Assembly (NCBI GenBank): GCA_963775425.1
Contig: CAVZJB010000012.1
Location: 288,001 to 352,000 of the forward strand
Source of the DNA: an uncultured delta proteobacterium
GTDB lineage: Bacteria > Myxococcota > UBA727 > VGSZ01
Reading direction: 5' to 3'
DNA: 64,000 bases
The notes under the pieces were generated by a model, which was not told the DNA's origin, made no database searches, and was given only the letters and a program-made list of their open reading frames with translations. The position numbers and the translations under genes are program-made. Positions 29,901 to 41,900 of the stretch are shown here, in pieces (the stretch's first letter is position 1; each line of letters opens with the position of its first letter).

Positions 29901-30049
29901 CAGACGACGACCGGGGCGAGATAGAGGAGCCACTCGTGCAGGCCGCGCGGCAGCCGCAGGTCGAAGACGAAGACGACGACTTCGAGCGCGACGACGCCGG
30001 CGACGACGAAGAGGTCCTGTCTACGGGCTTGCGGGAGGCTCGGCGGCAT
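26993..30049 (-). CDS. Membrane hybrid sensor kinase: TM-GAF-coiled coil-HisKA-HATPase-3xREC
   Basis: Several TM segments, GEGLVGQAA GAF, FLANMSHELRTPLN, GTGLGL, three receiver domains (ILDMKLP, VLDLGLP, LMDIMMP). Confidence 0.92.
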   Translation of the reverse strand: MPPSLPQARRQDLFVVAGVVALEVVVFVFDLRLPRGLHEWLLYLAPVVVCLFASRAWVPLATAAVSTGLLALGFHHSPQGSIDEIALKNREIGALVIWVMAVVTSRFVVSRTRIQTDHWLKEGQARLSETMQGERDGVQLAARVVAEACKRLGAHTGALFASRDHAPFKLVGGYAVSPERMRSAPAFGMGEGLVGQAARDRRIIRLSDVPRGYADVSSGLGVAPPREVIVAPLPANGGVAGVIELGFSGKAPALAEAYLTQIAEPIGAAFRSSHYQEHQRELLETSRVQAAELEERRRELQEINVELERQSATLQESQARLEEQHAELEERNDSLRRVTQALEQKTAELERASKYKSEFLANMSHELRTPLNSALILARLLADNRGGNLTAEQVKYAETIHHAGNDLLGLINDVLDISKVEAGKLNVEASSFTLAELAADIERSFRPLAQRKNLALTIDTAPGDARLHTDRGRLEQILRNLLANAVKFTEQGAVEATFSAEGERAVFRVRDTGAGIAPEEIGRIFDAFHQVENGARPEGTGLGLSIAQRLAALMGGDIEVDSALGEGSTFTLRIPRTLPSARAADGGARPATPPATIAARSSPRGAERDRSVADDRDALDGSRRTVLVIEDDEHFAFVLHDLVHGLDHQCLIATTGADGLALACEHRPDAIILDMKLPDMSGLAVLDQLKASPRSRHIPVHVLSVLDCTQSAREMGAVSTMLKPAKREEIVRTLSEIAARARQPVKRVLVVEDNAAQRDAIRALLAQDDLDVVIAQTAAAALEELARVTFDCVVLDLGLPDMSGFELVETMAAGERFAHPPVIIYTGRDLSADEQERLQRYARTIVLKGARSPERLLHEVTLFLHKVEEELPEDHQRLLAEIRKRDRALEHKNILIVDDDIRNVYALTRVLEEQRARVRIARNGKEALDELERDASVDLVLMDIMMPVMDGHEAIRKIRADPRFDALPVIALTARAMPDDQERCLRAGASDYLSKPVEVDRLLALLRVWAGHRRALFA

Positions 30050-30059
30050 CGAGGTGACC

Positions 30060-31664
30060 CTACACGACGAAATTCCTGTCGTCGCCGGTGACGAGCACCT
30101 CGTCCCAGTCATCGCGCACGTGCAGCGACGCGGCCTTGATGTCCCCGGCGCGCTGGCCGCGGGCGACGCAGGCACGCTCGTATTTTCGCAGCGCGTCGAC
30201 GACGCCGACGACGTCGACGGCGCCGAGCTGGCCGAGCTCCCGCGCGTAGCGGTACGGGTGGCCGACGCGCAGCGCGTCCTCGACGGCGCGCGCGAGGGCG
30301 GCGCGAGCGGCGGGCGGAGGGAGCGGAGGGAGCGGCCCAGGTCGATCGGGGGCGGGATCGCACTCCAGGTAGAGCCGGTAGTGGGGCGGACTGCCCTCCG
30401 GCCTGCGCGGCGCGAGCATGGCGAAGCGCGCGCGGCAGGGGCCGAGGACGCGCGCGACGGCGGCGTCGACGACGCCGCCGACGAACGCCGCAGACAGCTT
30501 CTCGCCCACGAGGTCGCTCGTCATGGCGCGGCCGATGAAGCGCACGCGCGGCGTGGCCTGGGCGCGGCCGGCGACGACGACGCGGTCGCCGAGCCGGTAG
30601 CGCACGAGGCCGGCGCTCGTGGTGAGCAGCACCTCGTAGCTGCGGCCGTCCTCGATCTCGTGGGCGAAGCAGGCGCGGCCGTCGTCGTCGAGGAACTCGA
30701 GGACGTGAGAGCGCACTGCGAGGACGGGCGCGTCGCTGCCGCCGTCGGCGGGCCACGGGATGGATACGGCCCCCTCGACGGCGAGGAGCCCCTTGCCCTG
30801 GATGGGGACGCCGGGCAGGCGCGCGCGCACGTCGTCGACGAACAGGGCCGACGACGCGTCGGTCCACATGGAGACGAGCGACAGCCGCGGCCACAGCGCC
30901 CGCAGCGATCGCGGTCGCCGCCCGCCGTCGCGCCCGGTCGCGACACCGGTGGGCGCGCCCTGGAGCTCCTCGACGGCGTCGAGCAGCAGCGTGAGGAAGG
31001 TGGGGCTCCACACCGAGATGAGCGTGAGGTCGCGGCGCTCGGCCAACAGCCGCGCCGTCTCACGGCGGCACGCGTCGACGTCTCCTGTGAGGGCGACGTC
31101 GTCGGGGACGGCGAGCACGCGCGCGAGCAGCGGCCGCAGGAAGCCGGGGAAGTACGCGCTGTCCGGCGCGCCGATGGGGACGCCGCCGGCGGTCTCGCGC
31201 GGCCGATCGCCGAGCGGCGACACCGACCAATAGGCGCAGCCGCCGGCGACGCCGGGCGTGCGCGCGTAGAGCGAGAACAGCCACGGTTGCAACGCGCGGT
31301 TCATCTCCTCGAGGAACGGGCGCGTCATCGGCAAGAGCTTCTGCGCGCCCGACGATCCTCCCGAGCGCTCGAAGCGAATCACGGGCGAGCGCGTGAGCGC
31401 GGTGCGCGCGCCGCCGGCGACGCGCTCGACGTCGAGATCCTCGTAGCGCGTGAGCGGCAGGGCCTGCAGCTCGTCGAGCGTGCGCACGCCGTCGAGCGCG
31501 CGCACCTCGCGGCGGACGCGCGCGAACGCCGCCTCCTGCGCCCGGCGCGGATCGCGCAGCGCGCGCGCGAACGCCGCTGCCGCCGGCGCCATGGCCGCCG
31601 CGAGCGGGCCGGTGATCGCCTGCGCGGGGACGAGGCCGCGACCCATGGCGCGCGTCCGGCTCAC
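30060..31664 (-). CDS. GH3 family acyl-acid amido synthetase
   Basis: FERSGGSSGAQKLLPMT, LISVWSPTF, KGLLAVEG, YEVLLTTSAGLVRYRLGD, DLVGEKL. GTG overlaps upstream stop; alternative ATG at 31646. Confidence 0.88.
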   Translation of the reverse strand: MSRTRAMGRGLVPAQAITGPLAAAMAPAAAAFARALRDPRRAQEAAFARVRREVRALDGVRTLDELQALPLTRYEDLDVERVAGGARTALTRSPVIRFERSGGSSGAQKLLPMTRPFLEEMNRALQPWLFSLYARTPGVAGGCAYWSVSPLGDRPRETAGGVPIGAPDSAYFPGFLRPLLARVLAVPDDVALTGDVDACRRETARLLAERRDLTLISVWSPTFLTLLLDAVEELQGAPTGVATGRDGGRRPRSLRALWPRLSLVSMWTDASSALFVDDVRARLPGVPIQGKGLLAVEGAVSIPWPADGGSDAPVLAVRSHVLEFLDDDGRACFAHEIEDGRSYEVLLTTSAGLVRYRLGDRVVVAGRAQATPRVRFIGRAMTSDLVGEKLSAAFVGGVVDAAVARVLGPCRARFAMLAPRRPEGSPPHYRLYLECDPAPDRPGPLPPLPPPAARAALARAVEDALRVGHPYRYARELGQLGAVDVVGVVDALRKYERACVARGQRAGDIKAASLHVRDDWDEVLVTGDDRNFVV

Positions 31665-32440
31665 GACGAGGGGGAGGCGTCGCGGGGGAGCGCGCCGCGC
31701 TCGGCGAGCGGGGCGCGCCGGCCGCCCAGCGCGCGCCGCAGTTGCTTCCAGAAGAAGCGCGGGCCGAGCGCGAAGTCGATCTCGGCGAAGCACACGAGCT
31801 CGTCGCCGTGGCGCCAGCCGGGGTTCTTGTCCGCGAAGAACGCGACGTCGGGCTCCGCGAGCGTCTCTTTGTCGAGCGGCGCCACGGCGTGCTTCACGCG
31901 GTCGTGCGGCACGCAGTAGCGCAGCACCTCGGCGCCCGCGTCGTAGTCGTCGCCCCACCACGCGCGCGCGACGCGGTCGCGCAGCGCGCGCAGCTCCGGC
32001 GCCGGCGTCGCGCCTCGGCGAGGAAACGCCGAGGGGAAGTTGTTGGTGAGGATGAGGTACGTCTTGTAGCCCTTGGACAGGAGCAGCCAGTACAGCGGCG
32101 TGAGGGGGCTTCGCAGCTTGTGGCGCACGGAGAACGCGAGGAAGCCGCGGTGGAGCGCCTTGGTGCCCCAGCAGTCGGGGTGGATGACGGTGTCTCCGGA
32201 GAACAGGATGTCCACCGGCTTTCCCGAGAGCGTCTCGCGCGCGACGCGGATGGTGGAGAAGCCCTGCACCGCGCGGTGCTCGTCGACGAGCAAGATGACG
32301 TGCTGCTTTTCGGCGAGGTCGGCGGCGAAGCGCGCGGGATCGACGTTGTCGTAGCAGAGCTGCATGAGCGCGAGCATGCGCGCGCGCGTGTGGTCGTCGA
32401 GCGCGGCGCGGGCCACGATCTTATGGCGCAGCCGGCTCAC
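31661..32440 (-). CDS. GNAT-like protein coupled to the GH3 gene
   Basis: GTGA overlap; FAADLAEKQHVILL, QGFST, FSGDTVIHPDCWG (GNAT motif A-like), YWLLLSKGYKTY. Confidence 0.7.
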   Translation of the reverse strand: MSRLRHKIVARAALDDHTRARMLALMQLCYDNVDPARFAADLAEKQHVILLVDEHRAVQGFSTIRVARETLSGKPVDILFSGDTVIHPDCWGTKALHRGFLAFSVRHKLRSPLTPLYWLLLSKGYKTYLILTNNFPSAFPRRGATPAPELRALRDRVARAWWGDDYDAGAEVLRYCVPHDRVKHAVAPLDKETLAEPDVAFFADKNPGWRHGDELVCFAEIDFALGPRFFWKQLRRALGGRRAPLAERGALPRDASPSS

Positions 32441-33069
32441 GTGAGCACCTCGGCGGCGTAGCGCGCCACGAACGCGCCCACCGCGCCCGTGACAGCGGCG
32501 TTGCACAGCGCGGTGGCGCGGTTGATGGCGGCGAAGCGCGGGTCGCCCTCGGGGGCGAACCACACACCGTGCGCGCCGGTGGTGCGGCCGCCGACGGCGC
32601 CGAAGAAGCGCCAGGCGTGGTGGATCTCGACGGCGAGCGAGCCGACGACGGCGGCGCACAGCCCGAGCGCCCAGCGGTCGATGCCCGGCGACGCCACGGC
32701 CTCGGCGACATCGTCGGCACGCCACAGGAGCGCGCCGCCGACGAGGGCGATGGAGAGCGCGCAGTGGGCGATGCCGTACGGCGGGCGCCAGCTTCGCGTC
32801 ACATAGAGCATGAACATCTCGACGGCGCCGCGGAGCCACATGAAAGCGGCGAACGCGCCGAGCGCGGTCCGGAAGCAGGGCGCGACGACGTCGTCGAGGG
32901 CGAGGGCGGGGCAGACGAGGAACCAGAACCACACGGCGAAGCCGAGCCAGTACGCCTTGGGCGACGACATCGCGCCGCCCATGGCTCCGCGACCCTGGCG
33001 TCTGCGGAACATGGCCGCGAGCGCGGCGACGGCGACCGCGCCGCCGACGATGACGACGAGGGACGTCAT
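32437..33069 (-). CDS. Hypothetical integral membrane protein
   Basis: About five hydrophobic segments; stop overlaps the next start; MLYVTRSWRPPYGIAH. Confidence 0.7.
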   Translation of the reverse strand: MTSLVVIVGGAVAVAALAAMFRRRQGRGAMGGAMSSPKAYWLGFAVWFWFLVCPALALDDVVAPCFRTALGAFAAFMWLRGAVEMFMLYVTRSWRPPYGIAHCALSIALVGGALLWRADDVAEAVASPGIDRWALGLCAAVVGSLAVEIHHAWRFFGAVGGRTTGAHGVWFAPEGDPRFAAINRATALCNAAVTGAVGAFVARYAAEVLT

Positions 33070-33164
33070 CGCGCTCGACCCCCGTCAGCGCGCTCGACCC
33101 TCGTCATCGCGCGCAGCCTCGCCCTCCGCCGGAGGTCGCGCGCGCTCATTGGACAACCTCTACG

Positions 33165-33390
33165 CCGCGGTGACGGGTTGAGCGATCTTCCCGGCGCCGT
33201 CTCCCGGGCTTCGTCGGGGAGGGCCGCGCTCGCTTGCCGGTGAACGGCCCCTGTGAGACCCGCCCCCTCGACGAAGCCGGGAGCCTTGAAGCGGCTACAG
33301 GACGTTGCGCCCGACGATGTTTGCTGACGACGACGGAGCGCCTGTCAATGAGCAACCGATCAAGGCTCCCAGCCCGGGGGACGGTACCGC
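33165..33390 (+). ncRNA. IS110 bridge RNA (ends approximate)
   Basis: Two stem-enclosed loops. Guides CGCGCTC (33225-31) and CCTGTGAG (33250-57) match the target flanks; ACAGGACGT (33297-305) and CAATGAG (33346-52) match the element ends. Confidence 0.85.
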
Positions 33391-33406
33391 AACAAGGAGG
33401 TCCGTC

Positions 33407-34612
33407 GTGTCGTACTTTGCAGGTTTGGATTGGGCGGCGAACGAACACGCCGTCTGCGTCATCGACGACAAGGGCAGCGTCGTGCTCCGCCTCGTCGTCA
33501 AGCACACCGAGGAGGGTCTCACCGGCGCTGTGGCGAAGCTCCGTAGGTTCACTGAGGAAGCGCCGCTGCGCATCGCCATCGAGCGGCCGACGGGGCTCGT
33601 CGTCGACACGCTGGTCGATGCGGGATTCCACGTCGTGCCGATTCACCCGAACGTCGTGAAAGCGACGCGTCCGCGCTACTCGAGCGTTGGCGCCAAGAGC
33701 GACCCCGGCGACAGCTACCTGCTGGCAGACTTGCTGCGCACCGATGGGCATCGCTTCAAGACGCTCACGCCGCTCGGAGACGAGACGAAGGCGCTGCGTG
33801 CCCTCGTTCGCGCACGCGGCGACCTCGTTGCCGAGCGGGTTGCACTGGCGAACCAGCTGCGCGCGCTCGTTGAGAGCTTCTGGGCCGGCGCCGCGTGCAT
33901 CTTCCGCGACATCGACTCGCCCATCGCGCTGGCGTTCCTCGGGAGGTACCCGACACCGCAGCACGCCGAGCGCGTCGGCGAGAAGCGGCTCGAAGCGTTC
34001 CTGGCGCGCAACCACTACTCCGGTCGCAGGGACGTCGCCGAGCTCCTGGGCCGCTTGCGAGGTGCGCCCAGCGGCAAGTGCGGCGAGATGGAGGCCGAGG
34101 CGAAGGGGGAAGCCGTGCAGCACCTCGTCGCGGTCCTCGACATCGTCGTCGCACGTCTCAAGAAGCTCAACGCCGCCGTCGAACACGCCGTCGAGGCGCA
34201 CCCCGACGGGCACATCGTGATGTCGTTTCCGCGCAGCGGACGCATCAACGCCGCGCAGATTCTCAGCGAGCTCGGCGACGAGCGCGCGCGCTTCGACAGC
34301 CACGAGCACCTCGAGGCCGAGGCTGGCGTGTGCCCCGTAACGTTCGCGTCCGGCAAGCACGTCGGCGTCGCGTTCCGGTGGGCGTGCAACAAGCACCTGC
34401 GCTCCGCCGTGACCCTCTGGGCCGACAACTCGCGACACAGCTCGCCATGGGCCGCCGCCCTCTACGACGCTGCCCGCGCTCGCGGCCACGACCACCCGCA
34501 TGCGACCCGCATCCTCGCTCGTGCGTGGCTCCGGGTGCTGTACGCGTGCTGGAAAGCCCGCGTCCCGTACGACCCGGCCCTTCACGGCCGCGCCGCCGCG
34601 CTCGCCGCCTGA
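33407..34612 (+). CDS. IS110 family transposase/recombinase
   Basis: AAGGAGG RBS then GTG; AGLDW, IAIE, KSDPGD (DEDD); AGVCPVTFASGK serine motif; RILARAWLRVLY. Confidence 0.95.
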   Translation: MSYFAGLDWAANEHAVCVIDDKGSVVLRLVVKHTEEGLTGAVAKLRRFTEEAPLRIAIERPTGLVVDTLVDAGFHVVPIHPNVVKATRPRYSSVGAKSDPGDSYLLADLLRTDGHRFKTLTPLGDETKALRALVRARGDLVAERVALANQLRALVESFWAGAACIFRDIDSPIALAFLGRYPTPQHAERVGEKRLEAFLARNHYSGRRDVAELLGRLRGAPSGKCGEMEAEAKGEAVQHLVAVLDIVVARLKKLNAAVEHAVEAHPDGHIVMSFPRSGRINAAQILSELGDERARFDSHEHLEAEAGVCPVTFASGKHVGVAFRWACNKHLRSAVTLWADNSRHSSPWAAALYDAARARGHDHPHATRILARAWLRVLYACWKARVPYDPALHGRAAALAA

Positions 34613-34635
34613 GATGGCGTGACGCAGCGCGGTGG

Positions 34636-34641
34636 TTGACA
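34636..34641 (+). promoter_or_regulatory. -35 box in the IS110 right end that forms a promoter on circularisation
   Basis: Perfect TTGACA; across the predicted circle junction it reads TTGACA-N17-CAACCT, pointing into the bridge RNA. Confidence 0.7.
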
Positions 34642-34650
34642 CAGGACGTC

Positions 34651-37596
<2,946 letters not shown>

Positions 37597-37705
37597 GCGC
37601 CGTCGAGCCTACCCGCTGGCGCCCCGCGAGGGCAGCGCCCGGCCGGCGCCCGGCCCTCGCAGCCGACGGTCTTGGTCGCGGCGCGCCGCTGTAGAGTCCG
37701 GCTGC

Positions 37706-38848
37706 ATGCGCTTCGACGAAACCCTCGCCGCCGTGCGCCGGGCGACGCCGGCGGACAACCAGCTCCTCGTCGATCTCATGGCCGAGGTGCCGATGGAGGG
37801 CTCCCTCGTCTTGTCCACGCGCCGCGATCCGGACTTCTTCGCCCTGTACGCGATGCAGCGCGGCAGCGCCGACGCCTTCTGCTACGACGACGGCGCCTTC
37901 GCCGGCATGGGCGCCATCCTCGTGCGCGACGGCTTCCTCGACGGGAGGCCGGCCCCGGTGGGCTACCTCGGCGATCTGCGCACCCGCGGCATGGGCCGCG
38001 CCCGCCGCGCCTTCCCCGGCGTGTTCGCCCACTTCTTCACGGACACCGTCGCGCGCACCGGCTGCGAGCACTTCCTCACCGGGGTGCTGGCGTCGAACGC
38101 GGTGGCGCTGCAGTCGCTGGTGCGCCGCAAGAGGCGGCGCGCGGAGCAGCCGTACTACCACCTGCTCAAGCGCTACCAGATGGCCTCGGTGCAGCTCGTC
38201 CTGCCCCCGCGCCGGCGCCTGCGCCCGCGCGCGGATGAGGGCGGGGGCGTGCGCGTCGACGTCGCCGGCGCGGCGGACGTCGGGGCGCTCGCGTCGTTCC
38301 TCGCGGAAGATCACCGCACGCGGCCGTTCGGCTACCGCTTCGACGCCGGCGAGCTCGAGCACCGCCTCGCAGCCTGGCCGGGCTTCTCCCTCGACGACAC
38401 CTTCGTCGCGCGCGACGACGCCGGCCGCGTCGTCGGCTGCTGCACCGCGTGGGACGCCGCGCCCGTGAAGCGCTACCGCGTGATGCGCTACGCCGGCGAC
38501 ATGCGGCTGATTCGCGCGGGGCTCGCCGTGGCCTCCAGGGTCGTCGGCTGCCCCGCGCTCCCCGCGCCCGGCGGCGACTTCCGCTACCTGTACCTGACGA
38601 ACCTCAGCGTCCTCGACGACAACCCCGCGGTGATGCGCGCGCTCCTGCGCAAGGTCTACGTCCACGCTTGGGACAAGCGCGTCCACTTCTTCTCCTTCCC
38701 GCTGTACGAGGACGACCCCTACGCCGCCGCGCTCGACGGCTTCGTCGTGCGCAAGCTGCCGTTTCACCTCTACGCGGTCACGGCGGCGTCGCGCGCCCGC
38801 ACCGACTGGCCTGCCGGCCGCCCCGGCTTCGAGATGGCGCTCGCGTAG
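37706..38848 (+). CDS. Putative tandem GNAT-fold acyltransferase
   Basis: VRRATPADN, RDPDFF, VGYLGDLR, second GNAT-like half (VVGCCTAWD, YLTNL); divergent from the UnbU-UnbV fusion. Confidence 0.65.
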   Translation: MRFDETLAAVRRATPADNQLLVDLMAEVPMEGSLVLSTRRDPDFFALYAMQRGSADAFCYDDGAFAGMGAILVRDGFLDGRPAPVGYLGDLRTRGMGRARRAFPGVFAHFFTDTVARTGCEHFLTGVLASNAVALQSLVRRKRRRAEQPYYHLLKRYQMASVQLVLPPRRRLRPRADEGGGVRVDVAGAADVGALASFLAEDHRTRPFGYRFDAGELEHRLAAWPGFSLDDTFVARDDAGRVVGCCTAWDAAPVKRYRVMRYAGDMRLIRAGLAVASRVVGCPALPAPGGDFRYLYLTNLSVLDDNPAVMRALLRKVYVHAWDKRVHFFSFPLYEDDPYAAALDGFVVRKLPFHLYAVTAASRARTDWPAGRPGFEMALA

Positions 38849-38989
38849 CGCGGCAACGAATCCCGTACGCGTCGATTCGCCGCCGATTTTGACCTCCCGA
38901 CTCGCGCCGGCGCGCGATTTGGAGAGACGGAAATCACGGGGCGCGGCGCAGCATTGTGTCCACCCGGGGCTCTCTGCCATGGTCGACAG

Positions 38990-41900
38990 ATGCGCCCCTT
39001 TCGATTCCTCGCCCTGATTCTCCCCATGGCATGCGCGACGGCGACCAGGCCGCCGCCCGCGGCGCCGCCCACGGCGTCCCCGGCGCCGGCGGCGCGGACC
39101 GGGGGCAGGGCCGATCCGGTCGTCATCGAGCTGAGCGAGATCACCGTCACGGTGGACGCCAAGGGCGACGCCGTCGAGGACGAGCACGACGTCTACCGCG
39201 TGCTCGTGAACGATCCGCCGGCGTCGTGGTCGTCCGTGTACGCGGCGTGGCGCCCGTGGGACGACGATCCGCCCACCCTCGACGCCGTCGTCGTCGGCCC
39301 CGACGGCACCACCACGCACCTCGACAAGAAGACCGTCGTGGATCAGCCGGAGCCGCGGGAGGACGGCATCCTCAGCGACGGCAAGATGCGCGTGGCGCCG
39401 CTGCCCGGACTCACGCCCGGCGCCGTCGTCGATCGCCACGTCCGCACCGTCCACCGCGCGCAGCTCGTCGCTGGCTGGTCCACGGGCTTCGGGCTCGCGG
39501 GCGACATCCCCGTCAAACGCAAGCGCATCGTCCTCGACGTCCCCCGTGACGCGCCGCTGTCCATCGCGCTCCTGCACAGCGACCTGAAGCCGCGTCGCGA
39601 GGAGAAGGACGATCGCCTCGTGCTCACGTTCGACAGCGCGCCGGCGCCGCCCTCGCCCGATGTCCCGTTCCTGTCGCCGCGCGAGGCCTGGACGTGGCCG
39701 GTGTTGCGCGTGTCGACGGTGGCGTCATGGCAGGCGGCGGCGCGGGCGTGGACTGCGCGCGCGGAGCAGCAGATCGACGTCGACAAGGTCGCGCCCCTCG
39801 CCCGCAGCATCACCAAGGCGGCCACCACGCGCGACGACAAGGTCAAGGCGGTGCTCGCCTGGCTGCGCCGGAACATCCGCTACACCGGCCTCGAGCTCGG
39901 CGAGTCCGCGTGGGTCCCGAGCACCAGCGCGCAGGTGCTCGAGCGCAAGTTCGGCGACTGCAAGGACCTGGCGCTCCTCACCGTGGCCATGCTGCGCTCC
40001 GTCGGCGTCGACGCCGACGTCGCGCTCGTCCGCTCGAGCGGCCTCGACGTGAGCCCCGAGATCCCGGGCCTCTCCCCCTTCGACCACGCCATCGTCCACC
40101 TCCCCGCGGCGCCGGACCTCTGGCTCGATCCCACCAACCCCTTCATCGCCTACGGCGAGATGACGGGCGCCCTCCTCGGCCGGCGGGCGCTCCTCGCGCG
40201 CGACGACACCACCGGCCTCACCGTCATCCAGTCGCGCGGCACGTCGCGCCTCGACGCCCTCGTGACCACCACGCTCTCCGAGCACCAGCCGGCGCGCTTC
40301 GAGCGCGTGCGCGACACCGACGGCTGGCTGTTTTCGTACCCGCGCGAGCTCGCGATGAAGAACATCGACGAGTACCGGAAGAACCTCGAGAAGTGGGCCC
40401 ACGACGCGCACAACTCCAAGCAGAGCCCGGTCATCGCCCTGGGCGATCCGTTCGCGTCGGCGCCTTTGCACGAGACGCTCACGGTGCCCGACTCGTCCTT
40501 CGGCGTCGCCGACGGCCCGTCGGCCGAGGCGCTCCTCGTCGTCGACCAACTCTTCAACCCTGTCGACGACGTCACGCAGCTCGACGAGGACGGTGACCTC
40601 GCCAAACGAGAGGCGCCGCTGTTCCTGCCGATGACGGCGGACGCCAAGGTGGTCAACCGCGTGGTCCCGCCGCCCGGCTACCGCCTCGAGACGCTGCCCG
40701 ACGACATCGCTCAAGGCGAGGGCCCGGTCGCCATCGGCCTCCACTGGGCCCACGACGGTGACGCCGTCCTCGCCACGCTCACCCTCAAGGAGGCGTCGGG
40801 CACGCTCACCGCCGACGAGGCGCGCGACCTCGTGGCGCTCGTGTCGCGCATCGAGTCGATGCGCGTGGGCTTCAAGAGCACGGTGTTCGCGGCGCTCGAG
40901 CACGGCCGCTATGTCACCGCGGTTCGCGAAGCCAAGGGGCTCACCGGCGCCGGCGACGCGCCCCCCGCGGCGCGCGCGTTGGTCGCCTACGCGCTCGCGT
41001 CGGCGGGGCTCGCGGAGCTCGCGCGGCCGGAGGCGGAGGCCGCGCTGCGCGCCGCGCCCGACGACGTGCTCGTGAGAAATCGTGTCGCCTACGCCTTTTC
41101 CGTCGACGAGCACGGCGTGGAGCTCGGCAAGACGTTCGCTCGCAAGCGCGTGCTCGAGATCTGCAAAGGCACGCTCGACAAGCACCCCGACGACGAGTGG
41201 TCCCAACGGCTCTACGTCCTCGCCGCCGCGCGCAACGAGCACGGCGTCTACCTCGGCCCCGGCGTCGACTTCGACGACCTCGCAAAGCGCGCGCAGAGCT
41301 ACCGCGACAAGACCGAGTCGACGCAGCTCGACGACGTGCTCATCGATTCGCTCCTGCGGCTCCACGCCTGGAAGGAGTTGGCGACGTTGGCGGCCAAGCT
41401 GCAGCAGACGCCGCGGCGCGACGCGGTCTGGCTCGCCGCCGACGTCTCCGTGGACGGCGCGGACAAGGCCATCGCGCACGCCCTCCACGACAAGAGGTAC
41501 AACGACACCACCGCGGGCAACGCGGTGCAGATGCTGCTGATGTCACGCGCGTACGCGAGCGCCGAGAAGCTCGTGAGCGTGGCGGCGGAGCGCAACGGGC
41601 GCGGCGCCGCCGTGCGTCCCTTCGTGGAGCTGATGCAGAAGCTGAAGCCCTGCACCCTCGTGAAGGGTGATCGCAGCGAGCCCATCCTGCGGCTCATGCG
41701 CGGCGTCGTCGACGGCGACGACAAGGAGATCGCCAGCGCGTTCGACGTCGTCGACGAACAGCACGCGCACGACATCGCCACCGGCGCGCGCAACGCGTTC
41801 ACGAGCCAGACACACGGCCAGGCCATCGCCGGCGACACCGTGTGCGACGTGATGCAGACCGCCACCACGCTCAAGAGCGAGCCGCTGCCGCCGTACGGAG

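Noticed and set aside
33305-33406. N-terminal extension of the transposase given by the ORF track
   Set aside because: A strong AAGGAGG RBS precedes the GTG at 33407, and the upstream segment is the bridge RNA donor loop.
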